Positions 60,220-64,000 of a stretch of DNA of 64,000 nt are shown here, piece by piece (within the stretch, counting starts at the first letter, position 1; the number at the start of each line of letters is the position of its first letter). Position numbers and translations under genes: made by a program. Origin of the DNA: Candidatus Hadarchaeota archaeon (GTDB lineage Archaea; CAYQAE01; CAYVLA01); the NCBI GenBank assembly GCA_964621445.1, contig CAZUNO010000004.1, positions 1 to 64,000 of the forward strand, written 5' to 3'. Under the pieces are notes generated by a model, which saw nothing but the letters and a program-made list of their open reading frames with translations, had not been told where the DNA came from and made no database searches.

Positions 60220-61242
60220 TTACAATCTGGATGAGGGCTTTCCTAGAAGCGGGATACGGGTCCCGCACTCCGTACAGTGATTTCCCTCGTCCAAGTCGAC
60301 CCCCATCAGGGTATAGCCCGATCTTCGAATAACCGGCTTGCCACACTGGGGACAATATGTATTCTCCCACTTGGATCCGTGAATATTACCTGCGTAAACG
60401 TATTTCAGTCCCTTCTTCCTTGCCATCTCAACGGCGTTTTCTATCGTTTCCGTCGGGGTTGGAGGGACACCGGTCATCTTGTAGGCTGGATGGAAACGTG
60501 AGAAGTGTAACGGGGTGTCCTCTCCCAGCGAAAGGACGAAATCAATCAGGTCTTCGATTACCTGATCTGAATCGTTATGTCCCGGCATGATGAGATTGGT
60601 GATTTCGATGGACACGTCATTCCGGTTCCAGATGTTTATTGTCTGCTTGACGGATTCCAGACTGGGCGCCTTGCATAGCTTCCTGTAGAAATCAGGTTGA
60701 GATGACTTGAAATCGACATTGGCACAGTCCAGAACCTCGGCAAGATCCCGCGCGGGCTCGGGGTTTATGTAGCCGTTGGTCACAAAGCAGGTGTAAAGAC
60801 CCTCATCCTGGGCGATACTGAAGGTGTCAAGGGCGTATTCGGTGGTTATGACCGGTTCGTTATAGGTGAAAGCTATGCCTAGACAGTCTCGTTCCTTGGC
60901 GTTTGTCACCACATCCTCAGGAGGGGTCTCATAGGACCTCAGTTCCTCTGGATCAGACTGGGACAGGGTGTAGTTCTGGCAAAATTGGCACTTGAGATTG
61001 CATCCGGCAAGACCTACCGAATAGATGGAACTCCCGGGATAAACATGGAAAAGTGGCTTCTTCTCCACTGGATCAACGGCAAGGGAAACGGGTTTCCCGT
61101 AGGTTAGAGCATATAGCTCCCCTTCCTGGTTCTCCCGTATACGACAGATTCCCCTCTTTCCAGGGTTTATCCTGCATTCATGAGGACAGAGATGACAGAT
61201 CACGGAGTCATTATGGGATTCCCAATAGAGCGCTTTTTTCAA
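60220..61242 (-). CDS. amrS: AmmeMemoRadiSam system radical SAM enzyme (PFL-activase-like)
   Basis: C.LCPH.C, DPVEKKPLFH, GCNLKCQFCQN, FTYNEP, PLHFSRFHP, YVY.GN, T.CP.CG. Confidence 0.92.
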   Translation of the reverse strand: MKKALYWESHNDSVICHLCPHECRINPGKRGICRIRENQEGELYALTYGKPVSLAVDPVEKKPLFHVYPGSSIYSVGLAGCNLKCQFCQNYTLSQSDPEELRSYETPPEDVVTNAKERDCLGIAFTYNEPVITTEYALDTFSIAQDEGLYTCFVTNGYINPEPARDLAEVLDCANVDFKSSQPDFYRKLCKAPSLESVKQTINIWNRNDVSIEITNLIMPGHNDSDQVIEDLIDFVLSLGEDTPLHFSRFHPAYKMTGVPPTPTETIENAVEMARKKGLKYVYAGNIHGSKWENTYCPQCGKPVIRRSGYTLMGVDLDEGNHCTECGTRIPLLGKPSSRL

Positions 61243-62240
61243 TTCCCTTTGCCCATAAAATGTTGGTATCCCCTGCTTTTCAACCTTTCCACATTACCAT
61301 CCTCTCGCCGGATGAATGTTCCTTCCCCTTCCTCCACGGTTCCCAGGAGCTGGGCAATATCTTCCTCCATAAGCTGGTCCTCGAACTCCAGTGGTGCCGT
61401 GAACAGCAATTCGAAGTCGTCTCCACCATTCAGTGCCAGGTCGGTGGGATTCAGGTCAAGCTGACTGCAGAGAGAACGTGCTTCCTGGGTGAATGGAATT
61501 TTAGATTCCTCGATAACGATGCGAACTCCCGACTGTTTGGAAAGGTGTCCGGCGTCGGTTGACAGTCCGTCACTGACATCGATACAGGAGGTGGGGGCAT
61601 CCATCTCGGCCAGCTTTTTCGTCTCCTCCAGCCGGATTTGCGGGGCCAGGAAGGCTCCAACCACCGGAGCTGAGGATTGGATTTCCTCCTCCAATATGTC
61701 AGGGCATTCAAAATATACATCGGCGTTTGACTGTATAATGGATAGGCCCAGTGCAGCGCTTCCCGGTCTGCCGGTCACAAAAAGACCATCACCCGGGGTG
61801 GCCCCGGACCGGCTAAAGCTCCCGGTAAATGGCTCCCCGACGATGAATCCCGAAAGGATGATCTCCGAGCTCTGGTTTGTATCACCGCCGATGATCTCCA
61901 GCTGGGCCTCGTTGGCGGCCCAGGTCATTCCCTGGAGCATCTTTCGAAAGCTGGCCACGGTAAGGTCCTCTCGCAGACCGAGTGAAACCATCATCCACCT
62001 TGGCTGACAACCCATGGCCGACATATCGCTGACATTGCAGGTCACGTATCTGTGGCCCCAGAAGAGAGGATTTGTATTTTGGGGGATGTCCGTACTTTCA
62101 ATCATCATGTCACAGGTGGAGAGCAGGGGATGGTCATTTTCCAGGGAGGATGCGTCTTCTAGTTCCTCTATTCCAAACTCCTCAGCTAACATTTTTATGA
62201 TTTCCTGTTCGCCTAAATCGAGCAGAGATCGCTGTGCCAT
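61239..62240 (-). CDS. thiL: Thiamine-monophosphate kinase
   Basis: GE..II, NVSD..AMG..P, IIGGDT, R.GA.PGD, IDVSDGL..D, GGDDFELLFT, GYQHF. Confidence 0.95.
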   Translation of the reverse strand: MAQRSLLDLGEQEIIKMLAEEFGIEELEDASSLENDHPLLSTCDMMIESTDIPQNTNPLFWGHRYVTCNVSDMSAMGCQPRWMMVSLGLREDLTVASFRKMLQGMTWAANEAQLEIIGGDTNQSSEIILSGFIVGEPFTGSFSRSGATPGDGLFVTGRPGSAALGLSIIQSNADVYFECPDILEEEIQSSAPVVGAFLAPQIRLEETKKLAEMDAPTSCIDVSDGLSTDAGHLSKQSGVRIVIEESKIPFTQEARSLCSQLDLNPTDLALNGGDDFELLFTAPLEFEDQLMEEDIAQLLGTVEEGEGTFIRREDGNVERLKSRGYQHFMGKGN

Positions 62241-62281
62241 CAACACTTTGGCACGGCGAGTTAGGTAAATATCTTTTCAGT

Positions 62282-62370
62282 GCCCCGGTAGCTTAGCTGG
62301 CTTGAGCGGCGGATTCGTATCCTTGTAGAGAAAGATCCGCAGGTCGTGGGTTCGAATCCCACCCGGGGCT
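62282..62370 (+). tRNA. tRNA-Thr(CGU) with 15-nt intron at 37/38 (62320-62334)
   Basis: Acceptor GCCCCGG/CCGGGGC, U discriminator, anticodon stem GCGGA/TCCGC with CGT at 62316-62318, T-arm GTGGG TTCGAAT CCCAC; CCA not encoded. Confidence 0.95.
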
Positions 62371-62684
62371 GATCCTTTGCATGCTTCAGTTTAAGGTAAT
62401 GTGTTCCACATTTGAGTGAGATTTTGCGGCGAAGAACTAGGATTCCTTTCTATGTGGTTTTATCGGCATTCTTGGTTGCTTGGTTGGGATAGCTGGACTG
62501 ATGCTGAATGAAATTGGTCATAGGGTATACAACCTCGTTGATCATGATTTTGCCTTTCCAATGGCTCAGTCTTTTCGAAGGATGTATTTTACCAAACATA
62601 GCCTATTGTTTTTCGATGAAAACTAGTCTCTGCCTACTTGATAGAAAAAAGAAGGAACAGAATTTAGCTGCCTCTTATTTTACC

Positions 62685-62882
62685 TTAGCCTCCAATTGTG
62701 TATTCGTCGTACTCCGTCTTCTTCCATTCATTGTAGTTTGATCCCGTCCAACTTAGATCAATGCTGACATAGGGGGAACCGGCCGAGATACCAATAGTGA
62801 ATGATCCCCACAAACCCCAGTTGTGGTGGTACCCATAGAATCCTGTAGCGCTTTTGCCCCAAGAATCTTCACTGTTAGCCAA
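62685..62882 (-). pseudogene. C-terminal fragment of a Trp/Gly/Ser/Tyr-rich, probably secreted protein
   Basis: In-frame TAA immediately upstream of the TTG; followed by an oligo-T tract (minus strand, about 62641-62660). Confidence 0.35.
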
Positions 62883-63016
62883 TTATTGATAATAGTATAT
62901 CAAATGCCAAATAGCAGCGTTATTGGGCTTTCACCTTTTCCGACCTACCGTTAACTAAGCGGTTTGCCTAAATATTACACCCCGATACAAGATTGGTCAC
63001 AGCCCGCTACTGGTGG

Positions 63017-63238
63017 TTAAGAAACGTCTTGACTAGTACAGGTTCTAGCCCAGATACACCAAGCTATCCAAGTAAGAGCACACGCCATAACTAACCGAGC
63101 CGAATTAGGAGTGTAAAATGTGTTGTCCATCCCACCAGTGCCAACGAGAAGTAGCAAATATCCGAAACTCACAAAGGTGACTCCAGCAAGAATCCTCCCA
63201 ACCCATCTCACTGTTTTTCCACCATGCCCAGAGTTCAT
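63017..63238 (-). CDS. Small two-TM membrane protein
   Basis: AGGTGA RBS; two hydrophobic helices. Confidence 0.55.
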   Translation of the reverse strand: MNSGHGGKTVRWVGRILAGVTFVSFGYLLLLVGTGGMDNTFYTPNSARLVMACALTWIAWCIWARTCTSQDVS

Positions 63239-63305
63239 TCCACATCACCTATCGGAGCTGGCATAATCCTTATCACAAATATTTTTTTCGTCAAGCGTCA
63301 GGCAC

Positions 63306-63385
63306 TCCACCGGGAATCTTGAGTCAGTAAGCTTAACCACCCCACCACCACAAACAGGGGGGTGAAATAGGTTTAGGATAACACA
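63306..63385 (-). mobile_element. Orphan 5' end of an IS481-family element related to 9029-10087
   Basis: GAGTCAGTAAGCTTAACCACCCCACCACCA.AAACAGGGGGGTGAAATA...GGATAACACA matches 10023-10087; includes start MVKLTDSR. Confidence 0.9.
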
Positions 63386-63449
63386 CCTCACTCACAATCA
63401 AAATTTAGATATTTGTACGGTAAATATCTTTACATGAGGGGAGTTTGGC

Positions 63450-63998
63450 ATGGTGAGAACGGATAGACAGTTCTTTTGGGCGTTTGTAGCCATTGTGTGT
63501 TTCTTGGCTTCAGTCTACACTTGGTATCTCAGCCTCCAACGCGAACCCTATGTCTTTGAACCTATGATATGGTCCGGGGTGGCTGCGGTGGGTTTCCTGG
63601 CATCATTCTACCCTGTGCATCGTAGCGACCTCTTACCTGTCCGTGTTTCTCCGTTCATCTTCTCCGGTGGAGCTATGGTGTTCTTTCTTGCTTCGTTCTA
63701 CCTTTGGTATCATAGCCCCTTTCTAACTTTCCGCCTGCTGGCAGGTGGACTAGTTGTGATCGCCTTGGGTCACGCATATAGAACCATCGGCGGCATAGAG
63801 TGGATGATCTGGCTCACACCAGTCATTATCGAGCTAGCTTTCTGGCCCAGACTGGTGATCGACGCCCTTACCGGCTATTCATTCCCGTATCCTTCCTATG
63901 ACCTAAGGGCTCTCATCTATCCCCCGCTGTTCATAGCTGGACTATTACTGGCACGGAGAAAGTACGCCAACCATCTTAGAGGTCAGACATCGGCTTGA
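63450..63998 (+). CDS. Polytopic membrane protein, unknown function
   Basis: GAGGGGAG RBS; about six hydrophobic segments. Confidence 0.7.
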   Translation: MVRTDRQFFWAFVAIVCFLASVYTWYLSLQREPYVFEPMIWSGVAAVGFLASFYPVHRSDLLPVRVSPFIFSGGAMVFFLASFYLWYHSPFLTFRLLAGGLVVIALGHAYRTIGGIEWMIWLTPVIIELAFWPRLVIDALTGYSFPYPSYDLRALIYPPLFIAGLLLARRKYANHLRGQTSA

Positions 63999-64000
63999 TC

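Noticed and set aside
60220-61242. Complete AmmeMemoRadiSam system
   Set aside because: Only the radical SAM component is here; AmmeCR1- and Memo-like partners are not in the window
105-62268. Many long antisense or overlapping ORFs in the track (e.g. 13007-13708, 5232-5825, 17080-17658, 26884-27507)
   Set aside because: Shadow frames of well-supported genes in moderately GC-rich DNA, with no motifs
63119-63128. TGTGTTGTCC as the partner TIR of the orphan IS end
   Set aside because: Similarity stops after 10 nt, it lies inside an ORF, and there is no flanking duplication
1-64000. CRISPR array or cas operon suggested by the Cas4-like nuclease
   Set aside because: No regularly spaced repeats or cas1/cas2 seen; the nuclease is fused to an SF1B helicase in Dna2 order

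Overview
Archaeal chromosomal segment, probably from an uncultured lineage (taxon not assignable from sequence alone). Archaeal markers: trm1, cgi121, thiD-thiN fusion, MJ0144-type Dus-like protein, BRE/TATA promoters and an intron-containing tRNA-Thr(CGU). Housekeeping genes (metG, thiL, nfeD-stomatin, PPP phosphatase, aminotransferase) are interleaved with many carbohydrate/sulfate catabolic genes (three Cys-type sulfatases, an arylsulfotransferase, two GHL10-like and one DUF2961 glycosidase, sugar epimerases, a PfkB kinase) and with surface proteins ending in a PEF-CTERM-like tail. A complete but frameshifted IS481-family element with a 16-bp target duplication lies at 9029-10087, and an orphan end of a related IS lies in an AT-rich decayed region after the tRNA. 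The best candidates for undescribed biology are: (i) a translationally coupled AlkD-like gene plus an SplB-like radical SAM enzyme fused to a PolX/Pol-beta 8-kDa HhH domain; (ii) a paralogous membrane-anchored 'YFPR' family; (iii) a Dna2-like Fe-S nuclease-helicase; (iv) a variant protein-sorting signal. No CRISPR array or rRNA was seen. All family calls come from motif recognition by eye, not from database searches, and several start codons are my own choice.
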